From assembly GCA_021159365.1 (NCBI GenBank), contig JAGGRY010000036.1:4840-68839 (forward strand): 64,000 nt of DNA, given 5' to 3'. The position numbers were made by a program, and so were the translations under genes. This DNA comes from Nitrososphaerota archaeon. GTDB taxonomy: Archaea; Thermoproteota; Nitrososphaeria_A; Caldarchaeales; Wolframiiraptoraceae. Numbering within the stretch: the first letter of the stretch is position 1; each line of letters opens with the position of its first letter. Shown in pieces: positions 9,970 to 18,446 of this stretch. The notes under the pieces were generated by a model. It was not told the origin of the DNA. It was given only the letters and a program-made list of their open reading frames with translations, and did no database searches.

Positions 9970-10455
9970 ATGTATGTAAAGGGTTATATACAAGATGTAA
10001 AGTATTCTTTACAGGTGATAGGGGTGGAGAGGATCAGACTCCTCTGGTTTGCGTATTATCTTGCGATAGTTCTTATGGGCGCATTTGTGGGGGCTTTCGC
10101 CGCGTTGGGCGACCTGTTCTCAGCTCTGCTCAGCTCTGTCTTCGGAGCGGCCGTCCTCATCCTATTGAACAGAGCGATCAGGAGGGAGGCTGCTAGGGGA
10201 GAGATGGTTCTCTACGATGAACGATACTTCAAGATTCGAGAGAAGTCCGGAAGCCTCGCTTTTAGGGCCACAGTTACCCTGCTCTGCTTAATGCTTCTAT
10301 CTCCATGGATTTCCGCGTACATCCTCCGCAGCCAGCAGCTCGCCAACATCTTTAACGCGTTGCTTCCCGGCACGGGGCTCGCATTAGCGATACTCGTGTT
10401 AGCGTATTATGCTGCCTACGTTTATTACTCCAAGTTTAGGAGCGTGGAGGGCTGA
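9970..10455 (+). CDS. Small polytopic membrane protein (DUF2178-like), partner of the downstream XRE regulator
   Basis: There are 3-4 hydrophobic segments. The real start is probably GTG at 10024 (preceded by GTGATAGGGG), because the annotated 5' end overlaps the TATA/inverted-repeat region. Confidence 0.6.
   Translation: MYVKGYIQDVKYSLQVIGVERIRLLWFAYYLAIVLMGAFVGAFAALGDLFSALLSSVFGAAVLILLNRAIRREAARGEMVLYDERYFKIREKSGSLAFRATVTLLCLMLLSPWISAYILRSQQLANIFNALLPGTGLALAILVLAYYAAYVYYSKFRSVEG
9984..10013 (+). promoter_or_regulatory. TATA-like box (TTATATA, 9984-9990) followed by inverted repeat TGTAAAG-TATT-CTTTACA (9996-10013)
   Basis: Read directly from the sequence. A third TGTAAAG copy lies at 9975-9981. 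The site is just upstream of the membrane-protein/XRE-regulator pair. Confidence 0.45.
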
Positions 10456-10464
10456 GTCTTCGGG

Positions 10465-10680
10465 ATGATAGTTAGGAACAGGCTCAGGGAGTTCAGAGCT
10501 AGGTATAGGATGACTCAAGAGGAGCTTGCGAGAAGCGTTGGGGTTACGAGACAGACGATAATCGCGATCGAGAATGGGAAATATCTCCCATCTCTGAAGC
10601 TCGCCTTCAAGCTCGCCAAAGCATTCAACGTTAAGATAGAAGACCTGTTCGAGTACAGAGAATCCGAGGATGATGAGTGA
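10465..10680 (+). CDS. XRE/Cro-C1 family helix-turn-helix transcriptional regulator
   Basis: 71 aa. [39 protein letters not shown] is a textbook HTH_3 motif. Confidence 0.85.
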   Translation: MIVRNRLREFRARYRMTQEELARSVGVTRQTIIAIENGKYLPSLKLAFKLAKAFNVKIEDLFEYRESEDDE

Positions 10681-11085
10681 TCAGCTCTTTCGAATAGGGA
10701 TGAGGCAGAGAAATCTCAAAGTTCTTTCACCAACGTTGATAAATGAATGCCTTAAGTTTGGCGGGACATAGATCGCGTAACCTGCTTCGAGGATTTTCTC
10801 TTCATCTCCGAGAACGAGCTTGCATTTTCCATCTAAAATGAACACCTCATGCTCCCATGGATGATCATGTAGAGGCGTTCTCCCTCCAGGCTCAATCTCA
10901 AAGAGCCTCATGGCAAAATTCGGCGCCCCATCATCTTTAGATATAAGCCATTTCACCCAAGTCTTTTCCGCTCCTCCTTCCTTTACCTCTGAGGCTTCTA
11001 CCTCCGATATGTGGACGACTTTATACTTGGAATCATCAACCATGTCGTAATTCTCTAGAACTCTAAGATAAAAACTCTCAGCCAC
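10681..11085 (-). CDS. Cupin-domain protein
   Basis: Cupin motifs PLHDHPWEHEVFILDG and YVPPNLRHSFIN. Confidence 0.75.
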   Translation of the reverse strand: MAESFYLRVLENYDMVDDSKYKVVHISEVEASEVKEGGAEKTWVKWLISKDDGAPNFAMRLFEIEPGGRTPLHDHPWEHEVFILDGKCKLVLGDEEKILEAGYAIYVPPNLRHSFINVGERTLRFLCLIPIRKS

Positions 11086-11102
11086 CCGACCTACCTTTCA
11101 CC

Positions 11103-11789
11103 ATGAATCATAGGTTTTTATCGAGCCCGATTTTACGTCAATATGTGAGTTTTAGGATCTTCGATGAACTCTATCTGAGATATGACGAATGGTATAAGAG
11201 AAATCGCGTGATCTTCGAATGCGAGCTCAAGGCTCTCAAGATGTTGAAGCCGAGTGGAAGAGGATTAGATCTCGGAGTTGGGACAGGCGTCTTCGCAAGC
11301 GAGATCGGAGCGGAGTTTGGAATAGATCCCGCCTTGAATCCGCTTAAGCTCGCTAAGAGCAGGGGCGTCGAGGTGATTCAAGCGATGGGAGAATATCTGC
11401 CGTTTAGAGATAAGTGCTTTGACTACATATTGATCGCCTTAAGCATCTGCTTCTTCGATAATCCGATGAGCGTCTTGAGGGAGGCGAGAAGATGCATGAA
11501 GGATTCTGGGAAAATTATAATCTGCGTGATCTTGAGGAATTCCAGTTGGGGAAGACATTACGAGATGCTTAAGGAGAAAGGACATGACTTCTATCGTTAC
11601 GTCAATTTCTATACAATTGATGAGATTAGGGAAATGTTAAGCTCCGTGAAGTTATCCATCGAGAAGATCTATGCGACCCTCAGCTATACTCCTGAAGATG
11701 AGCCCATAATAGAAGAACCATCTGAGGAAATCGATGAGAGATCGTTTGTGTGTTTATCGGCGATACCGGAGTCTCGTTGCGAGCGTTAA
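11103..11789 (+). CDS. Class I SAM-dependent methyltransferase
   Basis: Motif I LDLGVGTGVF plus a methyltransferase type-11-like core. Substrate unknown. Confidence 0.7.
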   Translation: MNHRFLSSPILRQYVSFRIFDELYLRYDEWYKRNRVIFECELKALKMLKPSGRGLDLGVGTGVFASEIGAEFGIDPALNPLKLAKSRGVEVIQAMGEYLPFRDKCFDYILIALSICFFDNPMSVLREARRCMKDSGKIIICVILRNSSWGRHYEMLKEKGHDFYRYVNFYTIDEIREMLSSVKLSIEKIYATLSYTPEDEPIIEEPSEEIDERSFVCLSAIPESRCER

Positions 11790-13087
11790 AGGTAGTCTTC
11801 GAGATGGGGATACTTTCTCTTCAATAATCTCTCATATTCTTCCTCCGATACCATTCTCCCATAAACTCCATCATATCCAGGGATGATCTTTAATCTCCCA
11901 GTCCTCATTTTCATGATCAGTTCCGCGACCTTGAGGTTCGCTGTCTTAGCTATCTCCCTTGGATCCGCCTCTAAGAGAACATGAAACTCTGTTCCAAACC
12001 TGCTTACCAGCTTATCGTAGATGTTCCAGATCTTCTTCGAGTTCAACCTCGTCTCACTTCCACCACTCAGCCCCAGGCTTTGAGCTATTATCTCCTGAAG
12101 TGGTATTAGGTGGATGAAGTCCTTGGCGTTACTCGGCCTATATCCTCTAGGCTTATCCGCGAGTTCCTCAACCCTATCGTCAACTCCCTTCGTTAAAGTT
12201 CTTCCACAAACTGGGCACTTATAATTTAGCTTTCTAGCCTCTTCGGGTGGAATTGGGCCAAAGTTACAGTTTCTGTGACCTGACCAATGATATTTTCCAT
12301 AGGCTGGCGGAACCTCTATCGTCATCAAGACCTTGCTTTCTTGATCTCCCCAGACTATCGCCTCATATAGCTCCATGTAATTCGGCTTTCTAAGATTGAA
12401 GATCACGGCCTCTCTCCCAAGCCTATATGGATACGGGCTATGTGAATCCGATGAGCTTAGAATAGTTAAGTTGTTTAGCCAGCTTACCCTCCAATTCATC
12501 GGTGGATCGCTACTAAGACCGGTCTCGATAGCATAGATGTGCTTAACCTGATCTTCATAACATTCCTCTAAGCTGTCAACACCTCCCCTTGCTCCAAGCA
12601 TGCTCCACCAAGGCGTCCAGATGTGAGCTGGGAATATCAGATTCCTCCAATCAAGTTCTATTACGATCTCGACGAGTTCGGATGGTCTCATGTTTAGGAG
12701 AGGTCTCCCATCAGCCGAGACGTTCCCAAATCTGCTCAACCTGTCTGAGAGCTGTTCCGCGACTTCGAGGTTCGGCATCAAGATTACGTGATGAATTCTC
12801 CTAGCCTTTCCCATGTATTCGTGAATTGTCGCTACCTCGGTTTGAGCGATGAAGTAAACCTCTCCACCCATCTTAGGCTTATAGAATCCCGTCTCACCGA
12901 TAGGCTCCAAATCTCTCTTGAGTTCCTTGAGCCAGCTTGGATGAAGAGCATCTCCTGTTCCGAGAAGATTTAGTCCTTTAAGTTGAGCGAAGCTCGTGAG
13001 CTCTGGTATATTCATTCTCTGCGAGGTTGCTCCAGAATACTTGCTATGTATGTGTAGGTCTGCGATTATCTTCAATCCTCTTTCCAT
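11786..13087 (-). CDS. PHP-domain endonuclease Q-like protein (EndoQ / TIGR00375-like)
   Basis: N-terminal ADLHIHSKYSGATS PHP motif, an internal CPVCG zinc finger and a length near 430 aa. The ORF track starts at 13126. The ATG at 13087 (MERGLKIIADLHIHS) avoids overlap with the upstream gene. Confidence 0.65.
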   Translation of the reverse strand: MERGLKIIADLHIHSKYSGATSQRMNIPELTSFAQLKGLNLLGTGDALHPSWLKELKRDLEPIGETGFYKPKMGGEVYFIAQTEVATIHEYMGKARRIHHVILMPNLEVAEQLSDRLSRFGNVSADGRPLLNMRPSELVEIVIELDWRNLIFPAHIWTPWWSMLGARGGVDSLEECYEDQVKHIYAIETGLSSDPPMNWRVSWLNNLTILSSSDSHSPYPYRLGREAVIFNLRKPNYMELYEAIVWGDQESKVLMTIEVPPAYGKYHWSGHRNCNFGPIPPEEARKLNYKCPVCGRTLTKGVDDRVEELADKPRGYRPSNAKDFIHLIPLQEIIAQSLGLSGGSETRLNSKKIWNIYDKLVSRFGTEFHVLLEADPREIAKTANLKVAELIMKMRTGRLKIIPGYDGVYGRMVSEEEYERLLKRKYPHLEDYL

Positions 13088-13091
13088 CCTC

Positions 13092-13661
13092 CTAGATCTC
13101 CCAACTCCATCTAACAACCTTCGCAAGCCTATATGCCGCTCTAGAGATTAGGGCTGGATCCATATTTCTCCACTCGATTATCTTCTCCTCTACACTCTTC
13201 TCAAGAACCGTGAATCCCTCAGAACTTAGCTTGAATTCTATCGAGGATGCTATCTCCTCAACCTCTTCCTTACTCCTAACTCTTCTAATTCCTTTCTCGG
13301 TTATCGCCCCGAACATGAATTGTAATTCAACTATTCTATCTTCAACCCTCTTGTGTAAAACTCTTGACGGTAGATATTCTCTCTCAATTTCCTTAAGGAT
13401 CATTTGGAGCTTAGTCAAATCTTCTGCTTTAACCCTAAATCTCACAGATGGAAGCTTTTCATGGACCACGAAGTATCCTAGATAGATTTGAAGACCTCCT
13501 TCAAATTCCGGCCCTCTTCTCGATATTCCATAGATCAATAATTCCTGGCCCTCTCTTAGGAGGAATCTTTGACTGAGCTCCGCTGGTATCGTTATCACGA
13601 GGCTGTTTCCGCTCCGCCTTATCGCACCTCTAAAGACTACGGTATCCTCAATCCAGCTCAT
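13092..13661 (-). CDS. Hypothetical protein with AbrB/SpoVT-like N-terminal domain
   Basis: RSGNSLVITIPAELSQRFLLREGQELLI resembles a swapped-hairpin AbrB/MazE-type DNA-binding fold. The rest is uncharacterised. Confidence 0.4.
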   Translation of the reverse strand: MSWIEDTVVFRGAIRRSGNSLVITIPAELSQRFLLREGQELLIYGISRRGPEFEGGLQIYLGYFVVHEKLPSVRFRVKAEDLTKLQMILKEIEREYLPSRVLHKRVEDRIVELQFMFGAITEKGIRRVRSKEEVEEIASSIEFKLSSEGFTVLEKSVEEKIIEWRNMDPALISRAAYRLAKVVRWSWEI

Positions 13662-13782
13662 CTTACCTAAATCCTCTCCAAATCTTATTCAATAGAGACA
13701 CGTATTTAAGCTTGGATTCCCGACTCATAAGGTAAAGCCTTTAAAACCAGGAGTTAAGGAAATTTTCAGAGAGGGCTGAACC

Positions 13783-14724
13783 TTGCTCTTGGCATCGATC
13801 GACGCGCGATCCGAGGATGAATTACTCTGGCTTCTCAGATATAAGACTAGGAGGAAGATTATCTTGGCCATAGGTGATGCTGGGAAGATTAATGCGACGG
13901 CTCTCAGAGATAGCTTGAAGATAAGCACTGGATCCCTTTATTACAATCTGAGACAGCTTAGGAGATTTGTAACCCAAGATAATGATAGAAATTATATCCT
14001 CACAGAAGAAGGATTAAAGGTCTATAAGGTGTTGAAGGAGAAGGGCACGATATCATCATCCGATCTCATCAGCGAGAAACCTCAAGGAATATTCATGAAG
14101 ATCCTTCAAGGGATCTTCTTCCCCCTATGGCTCTACAGCCCACTCTATGAGCGGATCGGGGTCACAATACTTCTCCCAACCCTCTCCTTCATCCTCTCCT
14201 CAACCCTCCTGATCTATAGTAGGCGTAGGACATTTCTCCTGCACTTCTATGAGACAGCTCCAAATCCGCTCGAGATAATTGGATCATATCTGCTAAACGT
14301 ATTCATCCTATACGGCTTAATCACCATTCTATCCATACTATTTTCGGGAACCCTGTTTCGGAGATCTGAAGGGGAATCGTTGGCTGATAGGGTGAGGCTG
14401 GTTGCTCTGGCATCAGTCCAAGACGAGTTGAAGTTTTTGCTCTCGCTCTTCGTCGCCCTCCTCCCCCTAATGTTCTATCCAGCGATACTCTCCGTTGATA
14501 AGCTCTTCCACCTCTCCATAATCCCGCCCAAGGGGACGCCATTATACTATCAGGTTAGAGATGCCCTCCTGATAATTGCTCAGGGAATAAGTTTACCGTT
14601 CCTGACGGCCTTAACCGCCTATGGTAGAAGGCTCAGCGGAACCGTGGCCGCCCTAGTCATACTCATATTATTCTTCATATCATACATTTTCTATCAGATG
14701 CTGACCATCGGCGCGATCACTTAA
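13783..14724 (+). CDS. Winged-HTH (ArsR-like) domain fused to a polytopic membrane domain
   Basis: N-terminus RRKIILAIGDAGKINATALRDSLKISTGSLYYNLRQL, then about 6 hydrophobic segments. There is no in-frame ATG near the 5' end (TTG start in the ORF track). Confidence 0.5.
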   Translation: MLLASIDARSEDELLWLLRYKTRRKIILAIGDAGKINATALRDSLKISTGSLYYNLRQLRRFVTQDNDRNYILTEEGLKVYKVLKEKGTISSSDLISEKPQGIFMKILQGIFFPLWLYSPLYERIGVTILLPTLSFILSSTLLIYSRRRTFLLHFYETAPNPLEIIGSYLLNVFILYGLITILSILFSGTLFRRSEGESLADRVRLVALASVQDELKFLLSLFVALLPLMFYPAILSVDKLFHLSIIPPKGTPLYYQVRDALLIIAQGISLPFLTALTAYGRRLSGTVAALVILILFFISYIFYQMLTIGAIT

Positions 14725-15028
14725 CGGTCATCTCGACCGAGACATCTTCGGGGATCTGGATCCTCATTATCTGCCTCATAACCCTTTGATCCGTTATCTG
14801 GAGATCTATTAATCTTCTATGAATTCTGAGTTCATGCTTTCTCCACGTGTGAGTTCCCTCGCCGCATGGAGACTTCCTAACCGGAACTATTAATCTCCTC
14901 CTAGGAAGGGGTATTGGACCCGAGATCTTCGTCCCAGTCTTTAACGCTATCTCCTTGATCTCAGAGCATACTCTCTCGATCTTCTCTAAGTCCGTGCTCG
15001 TGAGCTTTATCCTGACATTCGTCGGCAT
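14717..15028 (-). CDS. rps10: 30S ribosomal protein S10 (uS10)
   Basis: 103 aa. RIKLTSTD...GPIPLPRRRLIVPVRKSPCGEGTHTWRKHELRIHRRLIDL is the canonical S10 pattern. Confidence 0.92.
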   Translation of the reverse strand: MPTNVRIKLTSTDLEKIERVCSEIKEIALKTGTKISGPIPLPRRRLIVPVRKSPCGEGTHTWRKHELRIHRRLIDLQITDQRVMRQIMRIQIPEDVSVEMTVK

Positions 15029-15167
15029 CCCGATCCCGAAATGAGGATTTAAGAGTTCTATTAAACGATTTGGTCTCGAGATTCATTTATCTCCAAACTC
15101 CTTGAGGGATTGCGCTGAAGCCTCTATATACCGCGCTACTCTATAGGTATGGGCTTAGGGGTGGAAC

Positions 15168-15722
15168 TTGCTTAAGATCGCCCTAGATCTCGACGGGGTC
15201 TTGGCGGATACGATGAGGCTATGGATTAAACTGTGGAAGCGTAGAACTGGGCAGATAATAGAATTTGAGGATCTAGATGAATGGGACTTCTGGAAAAGAC
15301 TTGGGATAAGTGAGGGAGAGTTCATGGATGTGATGAATGATGCATGGAAGCTTTGGAAGATTATGCCACCAACTGAAAACTCGCTCTCAGAGAAGGTGAA
15401 GGAGATCAAGAAGTTTGGGAAAGTCGACATAGTTACTGCGAGACCTAGGGTGACTGAGAGATATGTTCTGAACTGGTTAAGACTTCATGAGATCCCATAT
15501 GATGAATATGTTTGGATTAGGAGTTGTCGAGAGAAGCCGAGTCTAAACTATGATGTCTACATCGATGATTCTCCCCTAATAGTTGATGGATGCATGAGGA
15601 GAAGAAAGCTGCTCATACTCTATGATAGGCCATGGAATAGGCAGATTCAGGAAAACGTTCACGTTAGGAGGATAAAATCACTTAGTCAAGTCTCCGAGAT
15701 CCTCAGGGGGCTTAAGGGATGA
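15168..15722 (+). CDS. HAD-superfamily 5'(3')-nucleotidase-like hydrolase
   Basis: HAD motif I IALDLDGVLAD and a C-terminal YIDDS motif. Resembles the NT5C-type family. Confidence 0.55.
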   Translation: MLKIALDLDGVLADTMRLWIKLWKRRTGQIIEFEDLDEWDFWKRLGISEGEFMDVMNDAWKLWKIMPPTENSLSEKVKEIKKFGKVDIVTARPRVTERYVLNWLRLHEIPYDEYVWIRSCREKPSLNYDVYIDDSPLIVDGCMRRRKLLILYDRPWNRQIQENVHVRRIKSLSQVSEILRGLKG

Positions 15723-16225
15723 GAGTTAACTATCTCAGTAAGAAGGAAACCTCACTGCTGGCCAATAGGATAAGATCACTGTATTGGGGTGACGTATTGA
15801 GAGGAAAGATAAGGAATGCTGTAGAGATAAGGGAAAATGGGATAAAGCTTTACAGGATAGGCGAGCTCATAATCGGGGAGATTAATGATAAACTCTATCC
15901 GGTAATCCATGAGAGAAATCAGGAGGTATTAAACAAGTTACCCGCAATAATAGTGGATATGGGAGCAGTTCCACACATAGTTAATGGAGCAGATGTGATG
16001 AGGCCGGGAATTAAAGAGTTTAGAGGAGAATTTGATGAAGGCGATTTGGTGGTCGTTAGAGATGAGAGAAATCTTAAGCCGTTGGCCGTGGCTATCACCC
16101 TAGTAGGGCTTGAGGAGTGTAAGGCCATGGAGAGAGGGAAGGTGGCGAAAAATATTCACCATGTAAATGATAAGATTTGGAAACTGATGAGAAAGATAAG
16201 ACATATACTTGAACGAGAACTTTAA
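15719..16225 (+). CDS. PUA-domain RNA-binding protein
   Basis: 168 aa. GADVMRPGI and VVVRDERNLKPLAVAITL are typical PUA signatures. Start overlaps the upstream stop (ATGA). Confidence 0.7.
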   Translation: MRVNYLSKKETSLLANRIRSLYWGDVLRGKIRNAVEIRENGIKLYRIGELIIGEINDKLYPVIHERNQEVLNKLPAIIVDMGAVPHIVNGADVMRPGIKEFRGEFDEGDLVVVRDERNLKPLAVAITLVGLEECKAMERGKVAKNIHHVNDKIWKLMRKIRHILEREL

Positions 16226-17382
16226 CTCCTAATCTTCAGGAGGAATAGAACTCCGATTAGGTTTATTAAAGAACCTATCCAGAAGATGCCTAAAACCTCC
16301 ACGTAATTGTAGAGGATTCCGGCGATCATGGGGCCTGGAATGCTAATTATGCTCGTTATAAGATCCAGTGATCCTATTATCGCCCCAACCCCTCTTCCAT
16401 TCGCGATCTCGGCCAAGATCTTCCTCCTGGCCGGCATATCCATCGAGCTTACGATACCCATGAAGATCGCTGAGACGATTATTATCGCAAAGTTCCATGA
16501 GTATGCGTAGAACATCCATGAAGCGAAGGATGTTATAAGATGCCATGTCAAGATTCCTTTCCCTCCAATTTTATCGGTTAAAATGCCCCAGAGAACTGTG
16601 GTGAAGACCATTGATAAAGTCCAGGTGGAGTTGACGATACCTATTCCATAGTCGCTTAGCCCCAGATCACTTGCGTGAACAGAGATAAATGGGAAGAGTA
16701 TGTTGAAGCCCATGGCGTGAAATATCAAGCCTATCGATAGGGATCTGAAGTTCTCATCCTCTACTAGAAGACTTTTTATGCTTAGAGAGCTGCCTGGGGA
16801 ATCGGTTGAGCTTTGATCGCCTTTGAGTAGAATCGTTGGTATGATGGCTAAGAACGACATTATAGATGATAGGAGAAATAATATGTTGCTCCCGAATAAT
16901 TCCTTAACCGATCCGCCTACAAAAGATCCTATTACGTCTCCGAGTAATCCTCCGGATAAGGCTATTCCATAGACAACTCCTGCTCTCTTAACGCCTCCCT
17001 TTTCAACGGTATAAGCCGTAACTGAGACTATGAATGATCCATAACCCATTCCAGAGATGAAGCATGCAACTGAAAGGATTATTGGATCTCTCGTATAAGC
17101 CATTATGATCACGGAGAATCCCATCAATATCAGGCCGAAGGCCATGACTTTCCTTCTACCGAATCTATCGGATAGTCTTCCAGCCGGGAGGACGCTGACA
17201 GCATAAGACAAATTATATAGAGTCATTATAACTCCGAGAACCTCGCCGCTGAGCATGAGATCCTTGATCAGATACTTTCCAAAGAGAGAATACCAAAGCC
17301 ATGTACTACATTCGGCTAAGAGATATGCAAGGGTTGAGAAGCCTGCAGCCGATAATGCGCTGGTGAAACTCTCCGTGCTCAA
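16222..17382 (-). CDS. MFS transporter
   Basis: 386 aa with about 11-12 TM segments. The loop motif GRLSDRFGRRKV is the MFS signature between TM2 and TM3. Confidence 0.85.
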   Translation of the reverse strand: MSTESFTSALSAAGFSTLAYLLAECSTWLWYSLFGKYLIKDLMLSGEVLGVIMTLYNLSYAVSVLPAGRLSDRFGRRKVMAFGLILMGFSVIIMAYTRDPIILSVACFISGMGYGSFIVSVTAYTVEKGGVKRAGVVYGIALSGGLLGDVIGSFVGGSVKELFGSNILFLLSSIMSFLAIIPTILLKGDQSSTDSPGSSLSIKSLLVEDENFRSLSIGLIFHAMGFNILFPFISVHASDLGLSDYGIGIVNSTWTLSMVFTTVLWGILTDKIGGKGILTWHLITSFASWMFYAYSWNFAIIIVSAIFMGIVSSMDMPARRKILAEIANGRGVGAIIGSLDLITSIISIPGPMIAGILYNYVEVLGIFWIGSLINLIGVLFLLKIRS

Positions 17383-17436
17383 ATCAACCTATTGAGACCG
17401 CTAAAGGGGTAGAATTTGAAGATGCCGAACCCCCTT

Positions 17437-17748
17437 TTATCCCGTCAGTATTATCGGTCTACGTTCAACTAGTGCTTGGATGAGTTTTCTCCTACCGCTA
17501 TCTAGAGCTCTCCAAAGAGTTCCACGTGAGATCTTCATGAGCTTAGCTGCTTCCTCCTGAGTTCTTCTCTCAAGATAGACCAGTCTCAAGGCCTCGAACT
17601 CATCTGGTCTAAGATAGATTGGCGGAGATGGAAGCGGATTTCCCAAATCGTCTAGTGGTGCGAAGAAGAGCTTTCCCAACCCTATTCGAATAAATCTATC
17701 TTTAGGGGGTCTGCCTCTTCCATGAACTCTCCAACGCCACCTTGGCAT
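17437..17748 (-). CDS. DUF134/UPF0251 family DNA-binding protein (sigma-70 region-4-like HTH)
   Basis: MPRWRW..GRGRPPKDRFI...LRPDEFEALRLVYLERRTQEEAAKLMKISRGTLWRALDSGRRKLIQAL matches the UPF0251 pattern as I recall it. Confidence 0.8.
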   Translation of the reverse strand: MPRWRWRVHGRGRPPKDRFIRIGLGKLFFAPLDDLGNPLPSPPIYLRPDEFEALRLVYLERRTQEEAAKLMKISRGTLWRALDSGRRKLIQALVERRPIILTG

Positions 17749-17772
17749 TCAAGATAAAATCTCTTATTTGGA

Positions 17773-17808
17773 GTTTATAAAGTGAATCATACTAATGTGC
17801 GATCGCAC
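17773..17808. promoter_or_regulatory. Palindromic TATA element TTTATAAA (17773-17780) plus a perfect 14-bp palindrome TGTGCGATCGCACA (17795-17808)
   Basis: Read directly from the sequence. The site lies in the 99-bp divergent spacer between the DUF134 gene and the low-complexity/NifX/MinD operon. The palindrome sits where the + strand transcript would start. Confidence 0.5.
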
Positions 17809-17847
17809 AAAACTTAAAGCCACCTTCGATGTCTTAACTTGGGGTGA

Positions 17848-18075
17848 ATGCTAGTGGGATACCCATACAGGAGATATTGGAGATACCCATTTTACCCGAT
17901 GCCACTCTATCCGCCGTTCATGCCGCCATATCCGCCAAGCCCAGAAGATGAGCTTAGAATGCTGGAAGACTACAAGCGCGAACTCGAGGCTGAACTCAAG
18001 GATCTTGAGGAAGAGCTTAAGAGCGTTGAGGCTAGGATTGAGGAGCTGCGGAAGACGCTTGGCCAAAAGGGATAA
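17848..18075 (+). CDS. DUF5320-like small protein: Pro/Tyr/Arg-rich N-terminus plus coiled coil
   Basis: GYPYRRYWRYPFYPMPLYPPFMPPYPPSPEDEL then a heptad-rich EELK coil. A GGGGTGA SD-like sequence precedes it. GTG at 17854 may be the real start. The DUF5320 name is from memory. Confidence 0.6.
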   Translation: MLVGYPYRRYWRYPFYPMPLYPPFMPPYPPSPEDELRMLEDYKRELEAELKDLEEELKSVEARIEELRKTLGQKG

Positions 18076-18116
18076 AGGTTAAATTTTGAGCAATATCACA
18101 AAAATGGTGAGAGAAG

Positions 18117-18428
18117 ATGGGATGGGGTTGGAGAGGTAGAGGTTGGGGATGGTGGTCTCCCTGGCCTGGAAGAGGACCATTCAGCTACCTACCACCATGG
18201 CTTAGACCAGGCTGGCTCTTCGGGAGAGGAGCATGCTGGTGGCTATTCGGCGCTCCATGGGGGCTAAGATGGTGGCTGCCATGGATCTATGGATATTATC
18301 CGTGGTATAGCTACTGGTGGCCATACCCGTGGACAGCCTATCGCTACTACCCATGGACTGCATACGGTTATTATCCATGGATGATGTACGGCTATTCGCC
18401 ATATGCTTATCTATGGCCGTACTACTGA
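18117..18428 (+). CDS. Extreme Trp/Tyr/Pro/Gly-rich low-complexity protein (103 aa)
   Basis: By manual count: 21 W, 19 Y, 15 P, 15 G, 7 R, and no D/E/K. Tandem YYPWTAY units. A GGTGAGAG SD-like sequence lies 5 nt upstream of the ATG. Same strand and tight spacing with its neighbours. Confidence 0.6.
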   Translation: MGWGWRGRGWGWWSPWPGRGPFSYLPPWLRPGWLFGRGACWWLFGAPWGLRWWLPWIYGYYPWYSYWWPYPWTAYRYYPWTAYGYYPWMMYGYSPYAYLWPYY

Positions 18429-18446
18429 TTCTGAGGTGGAATAGGA

